Positions 32,361-43,435 are shown, counted from the first letter of the stretch. The stretch is 64,000 nt of DNA from Vulcanimicrobiota bacterium (GCA_963833095.1 CAWHWQ010000005.1:384001-448000); one strand, 5' to 3'. A program made the numbers and translations. Notes: a model not told the origin generated them from the letters alone.

Positions 32361-33750
32361 CAGCGGTTCCTCCGACGGTGATCGCAGCGATCTTGACCGT
32401 CGGCATCCCCACGCCGACCGGAACGTGCTGCCCGCCCTTGCCGCAGGTGTAGTGACGACGCGCGAGGCGAGCATCGTTACCAACCGCGACAACCTTGGTC
32501 ATCGCGTCGGGGCCGTTTCCAACGATCGTTGCATTTTTGACCGGCGCGGTCACCTTGCCGTTTTCGATCAAATAGCCTTCCGCGACCATGAAGACGAAGT
32601 CGCCTTTACTGATCTCCACTTGGCCACCTGCAAACGATTTTGCGTACAGTCCACGCTTGGTTGAAGCGATGATCTCTTCCGGCGTCGCCTCGCCCGGCGG
32701 CATGTACGTATTGCACATACGCGGCTGGGGTAAAAAGCGGTACGATTGGCGCCGTCCGCTCCCGGTCGACTGCGCGCCCATCAGCCGCGCATTGAGCGTA
32801 TCTTGCATGTATCCACGGAGGACGCCACGCTCCACGAGCACCTTATGCTGCCCCGGGATGCCCTCGTCATCGACCGCGACGCTGCCGCGCTCCTCGGGAA
32901 GATTACCGTCATCGTATATCGTCACCAGTTCGCTTGCCACGCGCTCGCCGATGCGGCCGCTATACAGCGACGTGCCCCGGCGATTGAAATCGCTCTCTAG
33001 ACCGTGGCCGACCGCTTCGTGCAAAAGTACGCCGCCGCCGCCCGCGCCAACCACCATTTCCATCTCGCCGGCCGGAGCTGGTTCGGCAACCAGATTCGTT
33101 GCCGCAATGCGCGCGGCATCGGTTGCAAGTTCCTCAGGAGAGTGAAGGTCGAAGTAGTCGATCGCGGTGCGGCCGCCGTCAGCGGCATAACCCGAACCGC
33201 GTTCGCCGCGAGCGCTCGCGACCGCTTGAATGCCTAAGGTGACCATCGGCCGGTGATCGTGGACGATCCGTCCGTCGCTAGTCGCAATCCACACGTCTTG
33301 CAGTTCATCGGTCACGTGGACATTGACGGCAACGATACATGGGTCGTATGCTCGCGCGCACCGATCGGCGCGTTCGAGCAGGTCGACGTAGCGTGCGGCC
33401 GGTGCGTGATCCTCGCGCGCTTGATCGTACAACGGCACGACGTTCGCGGTGGTAAGTCCGATGCTGCCGTTCGCTCGGGCCGGCGCGCTTCGAGCGATGA
33501 GCGACGCGGCCTCGGCCGCGCGCAGCAGCGCTTCGTCACCGAGGTCGTCGGAGTATGCGTAGCCGGCCGACTCGCCAACCACGACGCGAATACCGACTCC
33601 TTGAGCGATCGAGGTCGCGCCATCATGAATGTGCCCGTCTTGCAAACGAAACGCATACGACCGGCGGCGTTCGCAAAAAACGTCGGCGTATTCGCCGCCG
33701 TGACGCAGCGCCCGAGTCAATAGCCGCGTGAGAATATCTCGGTCGATCAT
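32347..33750 (-). CDS. tldD: TldD metalloprotease
   Basis: LHEAVGHGLESD, DDEG, GRRQSY...P.PRM.NT, CGKGGQ.VPVGVG.PT. Confidence 0.93.
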   Translation of the reverse strand: MIDRDILTRLLTRALRHGGEYADVFCERRRSYAFRLQDGHIHDGATSIAQGVGIRVVVGESAGYAYSDDLGDEALLRAAEAASLIARSAPARANGSIGLTTANVVPLYDQAREDHAPAARYVDLLERADRCARAYDPCIVAVNVHVTDELQDVWIATSDGRIVHDHRPMVTLGIQAVASARGERGSGYAADGGRTAIDYFDLHSPEELATDAARIAATNLVAEPAPAGEMEMVVGAGGGGVLLHEAVGHGLESDFNRRGTSLYSGRIGERVASELVTIYDDGNLPEERGSVAVDDEGIPGQHKVLVERGVLRGYMQDTLNARLMGAQSTGSGRRQSYRFLPQPRMCNTYMPPGEATPEEIIASTKRGLYAKSFAGGQVEISKGDFVFMVAEGYLIENGKVTAPVKNATIVGNGPDAMTKVVAVGNDARLARRHYTCGKGGQHVPVGVGMPTVKIAAITVGGTADDER

Positions 33751-35268
33751 TTAGAAGCTCGCGATCCGATCGACTGCGCGCACGTAGGCGCTACGTGGAT
33801 CGCCGGGTGAGTTATTGATCATAAAGGCAAACGTAACGCGGCCATGGTGCATCGTGTTGACATACCCCGCGAGCGAATTCGCGTCGCTCAAGGTTCCGGT
33901 CTTGGCGCGCACGCGGCCAAGGGCGGTCGTGAAATCATAGTGGCTGAGGGTCCCGTCGCGTCCGCCGGCCGGGAGCAGGAGGTAGAGTTCGGCGCCGTGA
34001 TCCTGTAACTCCGCGTCGCTCAGGATGCGCGCCAACGTGATGGCCGACACACGGTCGGCTTCGGCGAGACCGCTGCCGTCCACGGCGCGCAATCCGTCAG
34101 TTGGAATCCCCCGCGAACTCAAGAACGATCGCTCAACGGCAAGGCCATTGTCGTCGCTTCCCGGCTCTCCTGCCTCGACGGCGAGGGCGCGCATGAGCTG
34201 TTCGGCATAGTGATTGTCGGAAACGTAGAGCATATGGCTGATGAGCGCGCGCAATGGCAGCGAGCGATGATCCCACAGGACGATCGTATCGAGCGGAGCA
34301 GCGGAGACCTGCGGGCGCTGCGCGGTCACAATTCCCGCCTGGTGCAGCATCCGTTCAACCACATCGCCGACGTAGACCGGCATATTGTGAACCGGAAGCC
34401 AAAACTTTTCTTCGGTGTCTCGCGGAATGTCGCCGCCGAGCGCAAAGAGGTTGGGCGCCTGCGCAGCGATGACAACGCCGTCACCACTCACGCTCGTTCG
34501 CACCGTACCGGTCAAATGGACGTCGCGGCTCGAAGGCACGACTGCCACGCGCGCGGGCTGGCCCGGCGAAAGACCGTACACTCGGAACTCGGCGGTGCCG
34601 TCGTCGAGCGAGACCGCGCTCGTCGGCACCTGAAAGTCCTCGTTAGCGTCGCTAGGATCCCAGTGTGGATTGATTTCCGGTCCGCGCATCTCGTTTGCGT
34701 CAACGGCGACGGCGCCATCGATGCGACGCAAGCCGCTGCGTGCGAGTCCGCGTACGGCGCCGCGCAAGTCGTCGCTGCGCAGCGACGGATCGCCCGACCC
34801 GACGAGCCAAAGATTGCTCATAAGCGCGCCGTCCGCAGGCGCGCGCGTTGCGGCAAAAACCGTGTGAAAACGATACTGCGGGCCGAGGAGATTGAGAGCC
34901 GCGTCCGCCACGATCAGCTTTTGCACCGACGCGGGTGTCACCGCCGCGCGCTCACGGTCGGCATAGATCACGCGACCGGTCGCGTCGATTACGGCCAGAC
35001 TGTATCGATCCGAACGCGCCGGCGCGAAGGCATCGTCGAGAGCGCGCCGCAACTGCGCGATCTGCGTTGCCGTCCAGGGGGCGGGCCTGGGCGTTGCTCG
35101 CGCGGCGACGCGTTCGCCGGCTCGTCGCGCGGGTACTTGCGAAAAGGAGCCGCGAACGATCGACCAGACCGCGAGCGCGGCGACAACCATCAGGACGACG
35201 AGGGCGACCCGGCGCTTAGCGCTGTTGGAGCGCTTCGACTTTTTCTTGTAACGTACGCTGTTCTTCAC
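33751..35268 (-). CDS. dacB: D-alanyl-D-alanine carboxypeptidase/endopeptidase (PBP4, S13); start uncertain
   Basis: PASVQK (SxxK), GSGDP, SDN, DGSGL and KTGTL motifs. Confidence 0.88.
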   Translation of the reverse strand: MKNSVRYKKKSKRSNSAKRRVALVVLMVVAALAVWSIVRGSFSQVPARRAGERVAARATPRPAPWTATQIAQLRRALDDAFAPARSDRYSLAVIDATGRVIYADRERAAVTPASVQKLIVADAALNLLGPQYRFHTVFAATRAPADGALMSNLWLVGSGDPSLRSDDLRGAVRGLARSGLRRIDGAVAVDANEMRGPEINPHWDPSDANEDFQVPTSAVSLDDGTAEFRVYGLSPGQPARVAVVPSSRDVHLTGTVRTSVSGDGVVIAAQAPNLFALGGDIPRDTEEKFWLPVHNMPVYVGDVVERMLHQAGIVTAQRPQVSAAPLDTIVLWDHRSLPLRALISHMLYVSDNHYAEQLMRALAVEAGEPGSDDNGLAVERSFLSSRGIPTDGLRAVDGSGLAEADRVSAITLARILSDAELQDHGAELYLLLPAGGRDGTLSHYDFTTALGRVRAKTGTLSDANSLAGYVNTMHHGRVTFAFMINNSPGDPRSAYVRAVDRIASF

Positions 35269-37777
35269 GCAGGCTATCGAGATCCGAGCGCAGAGCGCTC
35301 ACTTGCGAGGGAACTTTCTGGGCTTCGCGGATACGAATTGCGGCTTCGGCTGCATCGCGGCGTATTCGGCCATCGAAACCGCTGCTTGCGAGCCGATCGA
35401 GGGCGGGTAGCGCACGAGCGTCCTCGAGCGATTCGGCCGCGGCAATCGCGGCGAGCTGCACGAGGAACATCGGGTCGTCCAGCAGTTGCACGATCGCATC
35501 GACGATACGCGAACGCTCGGGGAAAACGAGCGCTCCCATGCGCGCGAGCGCGCCGGCTGCGGCGCGACGCAAACCTTCGTCGACACCGAGACGAATCGCG
35601 TCGATGAGCGCGTCGGCCGCGCGGGCGTCGCCGAGTTCGGCAAGCCCGCGCGCGGCGCCGGCTTCAATCGTGCCGTTCCACGATCGCCCACGTATCGCGG
35701 CGATGAGCGCGTCAAAGGCGCGAGGGTCGCGCGTCTTACCGAGCGATTCCAACGCCGCTGCGCGGACAAAATACGATTCCTCATCGTCCAAAGCGGAGAG
35801 CAATGAGCTCGCCGTGCCGGCGTCGCGGAAATTCCCTAGCGCCGCCGCGACAGCCCGGCGAACTTTCGGATGCTTGTGGTGCATCGCGGAAACCAGGATC
35901 TCGCGGGCCCACGGCGCGCGCGTTGCGCCGAGCGCATTTGCCGCTTCATCCAACACGCCCCAGAACGGCTCGCGCTCGAATGCCGAACGCAGTGCCTCCC
36001 GCGCGGTCTGCCAGCCATCTTTGGTTAGCTCGCGCGCAGCGCGGATGCGCGCCACCGGATCGGGATCGCCCTGCAGCGTCGCCGCTGCCAACGTCACGCC
36101 GAGTTTGTAGGTAATGCTGCCGAGCAGCCACGCCCCGGGATCGAAACGCACGAGCTTCGGTTCGAAATCCAGCGGTATCGTCACCGTCTCGTGAGCGCGC
36201 TCGACGACGACGCGAATGCGCCTCTCGCCGGCAAGCGGGCCCGGACCGGCATTCGCCGCGAGATTGCTCGGCACATCACCGCACAAACCGAGATCGACCT
36301 CAAAGCGATACGCGGGCTGTTCGTTATCGACGGTCTGTTTTTGATCGATCGTTACGGTTACGGCCTTACGCTGCGCGTCCCACGAAGCGCTCACCTCGAC
36401 CTCGGGATGGCCGCCCCGGAAGATCCACTGATCGAAGAAACCGCGCATATTCCGTCCAGTTGCTTCTTCGATTGCACGGATCAGATCGATCGTCTCGACG
36501 TTGCGCTGAGCGTTCTGCTGCACGTAGTGCGCGATCGAGCGCCAAAAGCGCTTATCGTCGAGTTCGCCGCGCAGCATATGCAGTACCGCCCCGGCCTTCT
36601 CGTAGAGATGACGATCGAAAACCTCGATCGGATCGCGGAACAGATTACAGACGATCGGGCGGCGATAGCGCTCGGCATCTTCCTGCAAATATCGGGCGAC
36701 ACATCCAAACACGTCGTAGAGGTATTCATCGTAGCCCAGATCGGCTTCGCGCCAAACGCATTCGAAATACGTCGCGAAGCCCTCGTTGAGCCAGGCCTGC
36801 GACCAATCGCGGCAGGTGAGAAGATCTCCGAACCACTGGTGCGCGAGCTCGTGCGACACGAGCGGGTCGCTGGAAAAATCGAGATGGGCGCGTTCGTCAT
36901 GCAGGGTACGCTCGGTCTGCGTGGTTGCCGACGTGTTCTCCATCCCGCCGAAGATAAAATCGGTCACTGCGATTTGCGAATAACGAGCGTACGGATACGG
37001 CGTTCCGATCCGCTCTTCGAACGCAGCGATCATACGCGGCGTGTTGCCGAAGGCGCGCTCACCGTCGGTCTCGCGGCCAGGAAGCACGTAATAGTAGACG
37101 GGCACCGCTCGCGAGCCCGCATCTTCTTGACGCGCCTCGACAAAAGGCCCAGCAACCAGCGTCATCAGGTAGGTACTGTGCGGAATCTCTTGGCGATATG
37201 TGAAGATCGTCCGTTCGCCCTCGTCGCGACGTTCTATCAATTTGCCGTTTGCGAGCGCGAAAATTCCCTTGGGCACCGCGACCGTCGTCTGCGTGGTCTG
37301 CTTTTCGTGCGGATAGTCGAGCGAGGGAAACCAGTAACGCGCGTTTTCGTCTTGGCTCTGCGTCCACGCATGGCGAACCTTGTCGGGGTATTCCGGCGTG
37401 GGGTCCACGAAGAACAGCCCGTGACGCGGCCGGTTGGCACGATAGACGATGCGGAACGCGGCGCTTTGGTTGGGCACGAGCGGCGGATCGAACGTGATTG
37501 CGAGCTTATTGTCGCGCAGCGCAAAAGCGCACGGCTTATCGCCGCGTTGCACCGAGGTGATCTCGAGATCGACCGCGTCGAGCTCGAGCCGCGCGACCGG
37601 TTCGTCGAACGGCCGAACGGTTGTGGTGCAGACGCCGTCGAGTGCGTGCTGTTCCAGATCGGGCTCGAGGTAGAGCTCGATGTGTTCGACGTCGACGATC
37701 TTGTCTGGGCCGTACTGCAAGCGGGCGCCGGGGAGTGCAAAAGCGCGGTGTGCCCCCGAATCATCGCGGAAACTCAT
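35216..37777 (-). CDS. M1-family aminopeptidase with C-terminal HEAT repeats and coiled coil
   Basis: GGMEN, HELAHQWFG, WLNEGFATY, YEK.G..LHMLR. Confidence 0.92.
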   Translation of the reverse strand: MSFRDDSGAHRAFALPGARLQYGPDKIVDVEHIELYLEPDLEQHALDGVCTTTVRPFDEPVARLELDAVDLEITSVQRGDKPCAFALRDNKLAITFDPPLVPNQSAAFRIVYRANRPRHGLFFVDPTPEYPDKVRHAWTQSQDENARYWFPSLDYPHEKQTTQTTVAVPKGIFALANGKLIERRDEGERTIFTYRQEIPHSTYLMTLVAGPFVEARQEDAGSRAVPVYYYVLPGRETDGERAFGNTPRMIAAFEERIGTPYPYARYSQIAVTDFIFGGMENTSATTQTERTLHDERAHLDFSSDPLVSHELAHQWFGDLLTCRDWSQAWLNEGFATYFECVWREADLGYDEYLYDVFGCVARYLQEDAERYRRPIVCNLFRDPIEVFDRHLYEKAGAVLHMLRGELDDKRFWRSIAHYVQQNAQRNVETIDLIRAIEEATGRNMRGFFDQWIFRGGHPEVEVSASWDAQRKAVTVTIDQKQTVDNEQPAYRFEVDLGLCGDVPSNLAANAGPGPLAGERRIRVVVERAHETVTIPLDFEPKLVRFDPGAWLLGSITYKLGVTLAAATLQGDPDPVARIRAARELTKDGWQTAREALRSAFEREPFWGVLDEAANALGATRAPWAREILVSAMHHKHPKVRRAVAAALGNFRDAGTASSLLSALDDEESYFVRAAALESLGKTRDPRAFDALIAAIRGRSWNGTIEAGAARGLAELGDARAADALIDAIRLGVDEGLRRAAAGALARMGALVFPERSRIVDAIVQLLDDPMFLVQLAAIAAAESLEDARALPALDRLASSGFDGRIRRDAAEAAIRIREAQKVPSQVSALRSDLDSLREEQRTLQEKVEALQQR

Positions 37778-38541
37778 GAGTGGGTCGCGTTTCGCCCGTC
37801 AGCCTGCGTCAACCCCCCGGTCACGCCGATCACGGCCCCCGTGATAAAATCGCGTTCGGGCGCGATTAAGAAGCGCACGACGTCAGCCACGTCTTCGAAG
37901 CTGCCCGGCCGTCCGCGCGGGATCGGACTCGGCGCTGCGCGCGCCGACTCACGGCTCTGACGTTTGTCGCGAATGTCGCCCGGCTCGATCACGTTGACGG
38001 TCACGCCGAATTGAGCTTCCTCGATCGCAAGCGTTCGCGCAAATGCAACTAGCGCACTTTTCGACGCTTGATACAAGCTAAAGCCTTTATACGGGCGTGT
38101 CTCGCTCGAACCGTTCCCGCCGAACACAACGATGCGGCCGAAGTGCCCCTCGCGCATCGCCGGTAACACGGCGTGCGCCGCGAGTACCGCGCTGCGCATG
38201 TTTGCGTCGAAAATGCTTGCATAGTCGTTCATTGACAAATTGACGAAGCGTTTGATCGTGAGCACACCGACGCCATGCACGAGTGTGTCGAACGGTCCCT
38301 CGTCTTCGACGAGCTTGCGCAAAACAGCAGCGGCGTGCGACGTGTCACCGCCGAAATCAACCCGCGTTGCGCTAGCACGAGCGCCCGTCTCCTCGATTGC
38401 CTTGCAGGTAGCGGCTGGATCGCTGGTACGATACGTTATCGCGACGCGCTCGAAACCGTCGGCGGCAAGCGCTGCCGCAATCCCCGAGGAGAGCCCGCTG
38501 CCCCCTCCGGTGACGAGGGCTCGGCGTTTTCGCGCCGTCAC
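37774..38541 (-). CDS. SDR-family oxidoreductase
   Basis: TGGGSGL, YQASK, VTVNVIEPG, ITG..I.V.GG. Confidence 0.88.
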   Translation of the reverse strand: MTARKRRALVTGGGSGLSSGIAAALAADGFERVAITYRTSDPAATCKAIEETGARASATRVDFGGDTSHAAAVLRKLVEDEGPFDTLVHGVGVLTIKRFVNLSMNDYASIFDANMRSAVLAAHAVLPAMREGHFGRIVVFGGNGSSETRPYKGFSLYQASKSALVAFARTLAIEEAQFGVTVNVIEPGDIRDKRQSRESARAAPSPIPRGRPGSFEDVADVVRFLIAPERDFITGAVIGVTGGLTQADGRNATHS

Positions 38542-39164
38542 TGAGGCGCGCGCAACGCGCGCATCTGTCCGAGAATGCGACCGAAGCTGGCGGTGTCGAC
38601 CGCGCCCGGAACCACAAACTCGTCCTCAAAGACAAAGGTCGGCACGGCAGTAATCCCACGTTCGAATGCGCCGTTGAGTTCGCGGCGCACCTCGTCGACG
38701 CCGTCGTCGCTTTCCAGGTAGGTCATCATTTCGTTGCGATCCAGACCCAGACGAGCGCCCGCGTCGGCGAGCACGGCGCGATCGCTCACATCGAGACCAT
38801 CCGTGAAATATGCCTCGAAGAGCTGTTTTTCCAATTCGCGATCGAGTTCGCTGCGCCGCGCGAATGCCATGGCGCGATGCGCATCAAACGTGTTCGCGGT
38901 CAGGGCGCGATCAAAGTCGAAGACCAGACCCTCGCTTTCCGCCTCGCGCGTCACGCGTTCGAGAATGGCCGTCGCCTCGTCTCCGAACTTCGCGGCATAA
39001 CGCTGACGCGCCGGAATACCAGGTATCGGCGCGTCGGGATCGAGTTGAAATGGGTGGAGCCGGATCGTCACGTCGCCATCGAACTGCGCAAGCGCGCGCT
39101 CGAAGCGCGTGACTCCGATGTAGCACCACGGGCAGACGACGTCACTCCAGATGTCGATACGCAC
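38538..39164 (-). CDS. DsbA/FrnE-family oxidoreductase
   Basis: WSDVVCPWCYIG, PFQLDP, NTFDAHR, GITAVP.F. Confidence 0.9.
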   Translation of the reverse strand: MRIDIWSDVVCPWCYIGVTRFERALAQFDGDVTIRLHPFQLDPDAPIPGIPARQRYAAKFGDEATAILERVTREAESEGLVFDFDRALTANTFDAHRAMAFARRSELDRELEKQLFEAYFTDGLDVSDRAVLADAGARLGLDRNEMMTYLESDDGVDEVRRELNGAFERGITAVPTFVFEDEFVVPGAVDTASFGRILGQMRALRAPQ

Positions 39165-39181
39165 CCGTGGTGCTTCACCTT

Positions 39182-39943
39182 TTATACGCGGAATTCCCAG
39201 CTTGCGTCGACTGAGGCGCCGTCCTGCGTCACACCGCTCACGCGAACGGTATGGCGGCCAGGATAGAGCGGCCGGCGCGGGGTGTATTGGAAGCTATTGC
39301 GGTTGAAGTACACCGCCGACGTGACGTCATTTCCGTCGACCATGATGCGCAGCGAGTCGCGTCGCATCGGCTGGCTGAAGTCGGCAGAGATCGGCGTCAT
39401 CGGGCCGGTATTCCCCTGCGGGAGCCGATTGGTCACGTAGGCTGCGGGATTCATGGGGCGCATCGGCGGGTTGCCGTTATAGTTGCCGTTGTTCGGGCGG
39501 TTGCCGCCACCACGACCGCCGTCGATCGTAACGGTCGACGTGTTATTGTTCCAATCGACCGACGCGCCCAGCGCCTGCGCGACAAAGCGCAGTGGTACGA
39601 GCGTGCGCGAGCCTTCGACAAAGGGTGGCGAATCCAGCGTCTGCGATTGTCCATCGACGGTCGCTTGATTCGACCCGATTTGGAGCGAAACGTTACGTCC
39701 GTCACCGGTCGCATTGATCGTGCCGTTTTGATAGACGACACTCGCGCCGAGCTGTTCGAAAACCCCGCGGAGGGGAACGAAGACGCGGCCGGCTTGCTCG
39801 ACCGGCGGCTGATCGAAGTTCATTCTGCTGCCGTTGACGATGACCGTCACGTCGGCGCTCTGTTGTGCGAGCGCCGCAATCGGCCCGCTCGCAGCAAAGA
39901 TCGTGCATGCTGCGCATGCGGTCAAGAAAAATATGTTACGCAT
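39182..39943 (-). CDS. Secreted protein with copper amine oxidase N-terminal (stalk) domain plus Ig-like C-domain
   Basis: Signal peptide, GRVFVPLR..FEQLGA and RTLVPLRFVAQALGA.V.W motifs. Confidence 0.85.
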   Translation of the reverse strand: MRNIFFLTACAACTIFAASGPIAALAQQSADVTVIVNGSRMNFDQPPVEQAGRVFVPLRGVFEQLGASVVYQNGTINATGDGRNVSLQIGSNQATVDGQSQTLDSPPFVEGSRTLVPLRFVAQALGASVDWNNNTSTVTIDGGRGGGNRPNNGNYNGNPPMRPMNPAAYVTNRLPQGNTGPMTPISADFSQPMRRDSLRIMVDGNDVTSAVYFNRNSFQYTPRRPLYPGRHTVRVSGVTQDGASVDASWEFRV

Positions 39944-39973
39944 AGCTGGGGTTTACCCAGTCATGCCCAGGTG

Positions 39974-42900
39974 TCACACCGCCGCGGGTGCCCCTTCGAG
40001 TTCGGCAGCGACCGCTCGGCGGTCTCCGCGCCGTTCAAAGAAGCCCATCCACGTGTTGTAGATCATCGGCACGAGGAAGAGCGTGAGAATCAGCGAGCTC
40101 AGCAGGCCGCCGATGATGACGGTACCGATCGCTTGCCTCCATTCACCGCCTTCAGCGAATCCTAGAGCAAGTGGCAGCATACCGAAGATCATCGCCGCCG
40201 TGGTCATGATAATCGGGCGGAACCGCGTCGCGGCTGACTGCAGGACCGCATCCTTCACCCGCATGCCGCGCTTGCAGAGCGTGTTCGAATAGTCGACCAG
40301 CAGGATACCGTTTTTTGCGACGAGTCCGAAGAGCATGATGATACCCAGCATCGAGATGATGTTGAGCGACTGCCCTTGTTCTGGCTCGAGGCGTCCCATC
40401 AGCGCGAGGAAGATCAAGGCGCCGATAATCGCCATCGGAACCGAAAACATCACGATTAGCGGCTCGAGGAAGGAGCCGTAGAGAATCACCATCAGCATGT
40501 AGACGAGCATGAACGAGAGCAGCAGCGCAATGCCCATGTTCGCAAAGGTCTCTTGCATGAACTGCGTGTCGCCTTGCGCGGTCGTACCCACGCCTTGCGG
40601 GAGGAACCCGGGCTGTTTGAGTTTCGCCTCCAGCGGACCGGTCACTGCACCGAGCGAGTAGCCGGGCAACGTGTCACCGAGCACATTAATCACCCGCTGA
40701 CGGTTGAGACGCTCGATCTTGGTTGGCGCGGTCGTCCAAGTGAACGTCGCGACCGAAGAAATCGGCACGAGCGAGCCATCATTCGAACGTACGCGCACGT
40801 CCATGAGTTGATCCACGTCCGTGCGGTCCGACAGTGGGAACTGCACGCGCACGTTGACGAGGCCGGTTGGGGTGCGCACTTTCGTCGCGACCGCGCCGTC
40901 GATCGCGATGCGGGCGACGTTAGCGACATCCGACGGGTTGACACCGACCACGGCGCATTTTGCCGAGTCAACGTCGACGTTGAGCCGAGGAGCACCGTTT
41001 TCAGCGCTGGTCTGCACGTTTACCGATCCCGGCGTGGCGCGCAGGACTGCCGCAACTTTCTCGGCGGCCGGAGCAATTTCGTCCTCAGGGCCCGAAAGCG
41101 CGTAGAAGATTTGCGCGCCCGAGCCGCTGCCACTGTCACCTGCTACCTGAAGTTCACCGCCGGGTACCAGATATGCGAGCTTACGTATCTTCTCAATTGC
41201 TCCGTTGGTTTGGCCGCGCCGATTTTCTTGCATGTCAGCACCGAGCCGCGCGTAGTTTCCGCCGATCGAGGAGCCCCAACCCGACGGCTTGCGGCCGACA
41301 GTCGAACTCACATCCTTGATTCCGTCGATCTTGAGGATCGCGTTTTCCAGCTTCGTGACATAGCTGTTGGTCATCCCGATCGGCGTGCCCGGCGGATACG
41401 TGACGGTCATATTGATATGCCCCGTCTGCGATTGCGGTACGAAATCGAAGCTAATACTTCCCAGCGCAACCATCGCGCCCGCCAGCACAACCGGCATGAC
41501 GAAGGTGAGAATCGTCAATGGCCGATATGTTCCCAGCGCTGCAAATCCACGAGGCTGACCGGTGCTCCGGCCGCGCATGAACCGCGCGGCGACATAGCAC
41601 AGCGTCATCACGACCAGCCAGACGGCGTCAACCGCTGCGGCGTTCGTTCCACCGCCAACCAGCAATAGAGAGTTGACGAGCAGCAGGGTGCAGGTGAAGA
41701 TGACGAATGTCCCGTGCTCGAGTCCGAATGGCAGCCACTTCGTGCGGTAGGCTTCGAGTAAGGCTTCGTAGCGATGCACGAAGAGATTGAGGATCAGCAC
41801 CGCCACAATCAAGATCCCGATCACTTTGAGCAGAATCACTTGGAGGAACGTTCCAAGCGTGAACGCGAGAGTGGCCGCGACGAGGAATGCAACGTTCAGG
41901 ACCCAGTTATCGAGCGCACGCAACCAGGCCGGGGCCGCCTCGGAGCGCTTCTTGACGCTCCACTTGGCCGCAAGCAGCGGCGTAAGCGTGAACGAGACGA
42001 GCAGCGAGAACAGCGTCGCGATGACGATGACCGCGCCGAACTCCTTGAGGTACGCGCCGACGATGCCGGGCAGGAACGCCACTGGGAGGAAAACGACCAC
42101 ATCGACCATAGTGATCGCAATTGCGGCGTTGCCGATCTCCGTGCGGCCGTTGATCGCCGCATTCATCGGGTCTTCGCCGAGATCTCGATGCCGCGTAATG
42201 TTTTCCAACACGACGATCGAGTCATCGACAAGGATGCCGATGATCAGCGAGAGCCCCATCATCGACATCGTATCGATGTGGAAGCCAAAAGCGCGCATGA
42301 CAATGAAGGTCGCAAGGATTGAGGTCGGGATCGCGACCATCACGACCACTGCGTTGCGCCAAGCGTGGAGGAAGAGTAGCATGACCACCGCGGTCAAGAT
42401 GATGCCTTCGATCAGTGATTGGCCGACGCCGATGAGCGACTTTTCTGTATAATCGGCCGGCGCGTCGATCTCCGTAAATTTGAGCTGGGGAAATTGAGTC
42501 TCGATTGCCTTCATGTGGTCGCGCGCAATTGCCGTCGATTTGATTTCGTCGCTGTTGATATCGCGCCCGATGCTCAAGTAGACTCGCGGTAGCCCGTTGT
42601 AGTGCGAGATGCTGCGCATCTCGACATGGCCATCCTCAACATGCGCAACGTCGCCTATCTTGAGCGATTTGACCGGGTACTGGAGCACCGACAAGGGCGA
42701 AAGCGGTATCGCCGCGATGTCACTCGCGTGATCGATGTAGGCGTGGATCGCCACCGTCGCCTCGCGTGTCGGCTGCGTCATGATACCGCCCGGCACGTTG
42801 TTGTTGTTGGCGGCAACCGCGCTAAAGATGTCTTCGAGCGTCGCGCCCGTGCCGGCGAGCGCCACCGGGTCGGGGAAAACGTGGAACTCACGGTCGGCTG

Positions 42901-43435
42901 TGCCATACACATCGACGCTTGCGACGTTGGGGATCTGACTGATCAGCGGCTTGATCTGATTGTTGACCAGGTCGGCGATCTGCGGCTGCGAGAGCGAGTC
43001 TGAGCTAACCGCAATGTCGAGGAGCGGCTCGCTGGCACCATTCTTATAGACGCCCGGAGGATCGAGATCCGTCGGCATGTAGACGCGCGCGGTGTCGACG
43101 CGTCGCTGCACGTCGACGGCGGCAAGATCCAAATCGGTGCCGAGTTTGAACTGCACGACGACCGACGCGGAGCCTTCTTGCGCGGTCGCGCTGACCTGAT
43201 CGAGATGATCGACGCCGTCGAGCTGGTCTTCGATCGGCTTGATGACCAGCTTCTCCATGTCTTGCGGCGAAGCGCCGGGGTACGATGCGTCGACCTCGAC
43301 GATAGGGAAGGTCGTTCCCGGAGGATTGTTGCTTCGCCCGAGTTCGAAATACGAGATTGTTCCAAAGATAACCAAAGCCACGAAAATCATGGCCGTGATC
43401 ACGGGGCGACTAATGGCGAAGCGGGTTAACCACAC
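39974..43435 (-). CDS. RND efflux transporter permease (AcrB-like)
   Basis: YPGASP, GILVDDSIVVLENI, GLVAKNGILLVD, RFRPIIMTT. Confidence 0.92.
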   Translation of the reverse strand: MWLTRFAISRPVITAMIFVALVIFGTISYFELGRSNNPPGTTFPIVEVDASYPGASPQDMEKLVIKPIEDQLDGVDHLDQVSATAQEGSASVVVQFKLGTDLDLAAVDVQRRVDTARVYMPTDLDPPGVYKNGASEPLLDIAVSSDSLSQPQIADLVNNQIKPLISQIPNVASVDVYGTADREFHVFPDPVALAGTGATLEDIFSAVAANNNNVPGGIMTQPTREATVAIHAYIDHASDIAAIPLSPLSVLQYPVKSLKIGDVAHVEDGHVEMRSISHYNGLPRVYLSIGRDINSDEIKSTAIARDHMKAIETQFPQLKFTEIDAPADYTEKSLIGVGQSLIEGIILTAVVMLLFLHAWRNAVVVMVAIPTSILATFIVMRAFGFHIDTMSMMGLSLIIGILVDDSIVVLENITRHRDLGEDPMNAAINGRTEIGNAAIAITMVDVVVFLPVAFLPGIVGAYLKEFGAVIVIATLFSLLVSFTLTPLLAAKWSVKKRSEAAPAWLRALDNWVLNVAFLVAATLAFTLGTFLQVILLKVIGILIVAVLILNLFVHRYEALLEAYRTKWLPFGLEHGTFVIFTCTLLLVNSLLLVGGGTNAAAVDAVWLVVMTLCYVAARFMRGRSTGQPRGFAALGTYRPLTILTFVMPVVLAGAMVALGSISFDFVPQSQTGHINMTVTYPPGTPIGMTNSYVTKLENAILKIDGIKDVSSTVGRKPSGWGSSIGGNYARLGADMQENRRGQTNGAIEKIRKLAYLVPGGELQVAGDSGSGSGAQIFYALSGPEDEIAPAAEKVAAVLRATPGSVNVQTSAENGAPRLNVDVDSAKCAVVGVNPSDVANVARIAIDGAVATKVRTPTGLVNVRVQFPLSDRTDVDQLMDVRVRSNDGSLVPISSVATFTWTTAPTKIERLNRQRVINVLGDTLPGYSLGAVTGPLEAKLKQPGFLPQGVGTTAQGDTQFMQETFANMGIALLLSFMLVYMLMVILYGSFLEPLIVMFSVPMAIIGALIFLALMGRLEPEQGQSLNIISMLGIIMLFGLVAKNGILLVDYSNTLCKRGMRVKDAVLQSAATRFRPIIMTTAAMIFGMLPLALGFAEGGEWRQAIGTVIIGGLLSSLILTLFLVPMIYNTWMGFFERRGDRRAVAAELEGAPAAV

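Noticed and set aside
36191..37960. Long antisense ORFs (589 aa here; also 34210-35607, 40553-41668, 57695-58594)
   Set aside because: Shadow frames opposite conserved genes, expected in GC-rich DNA
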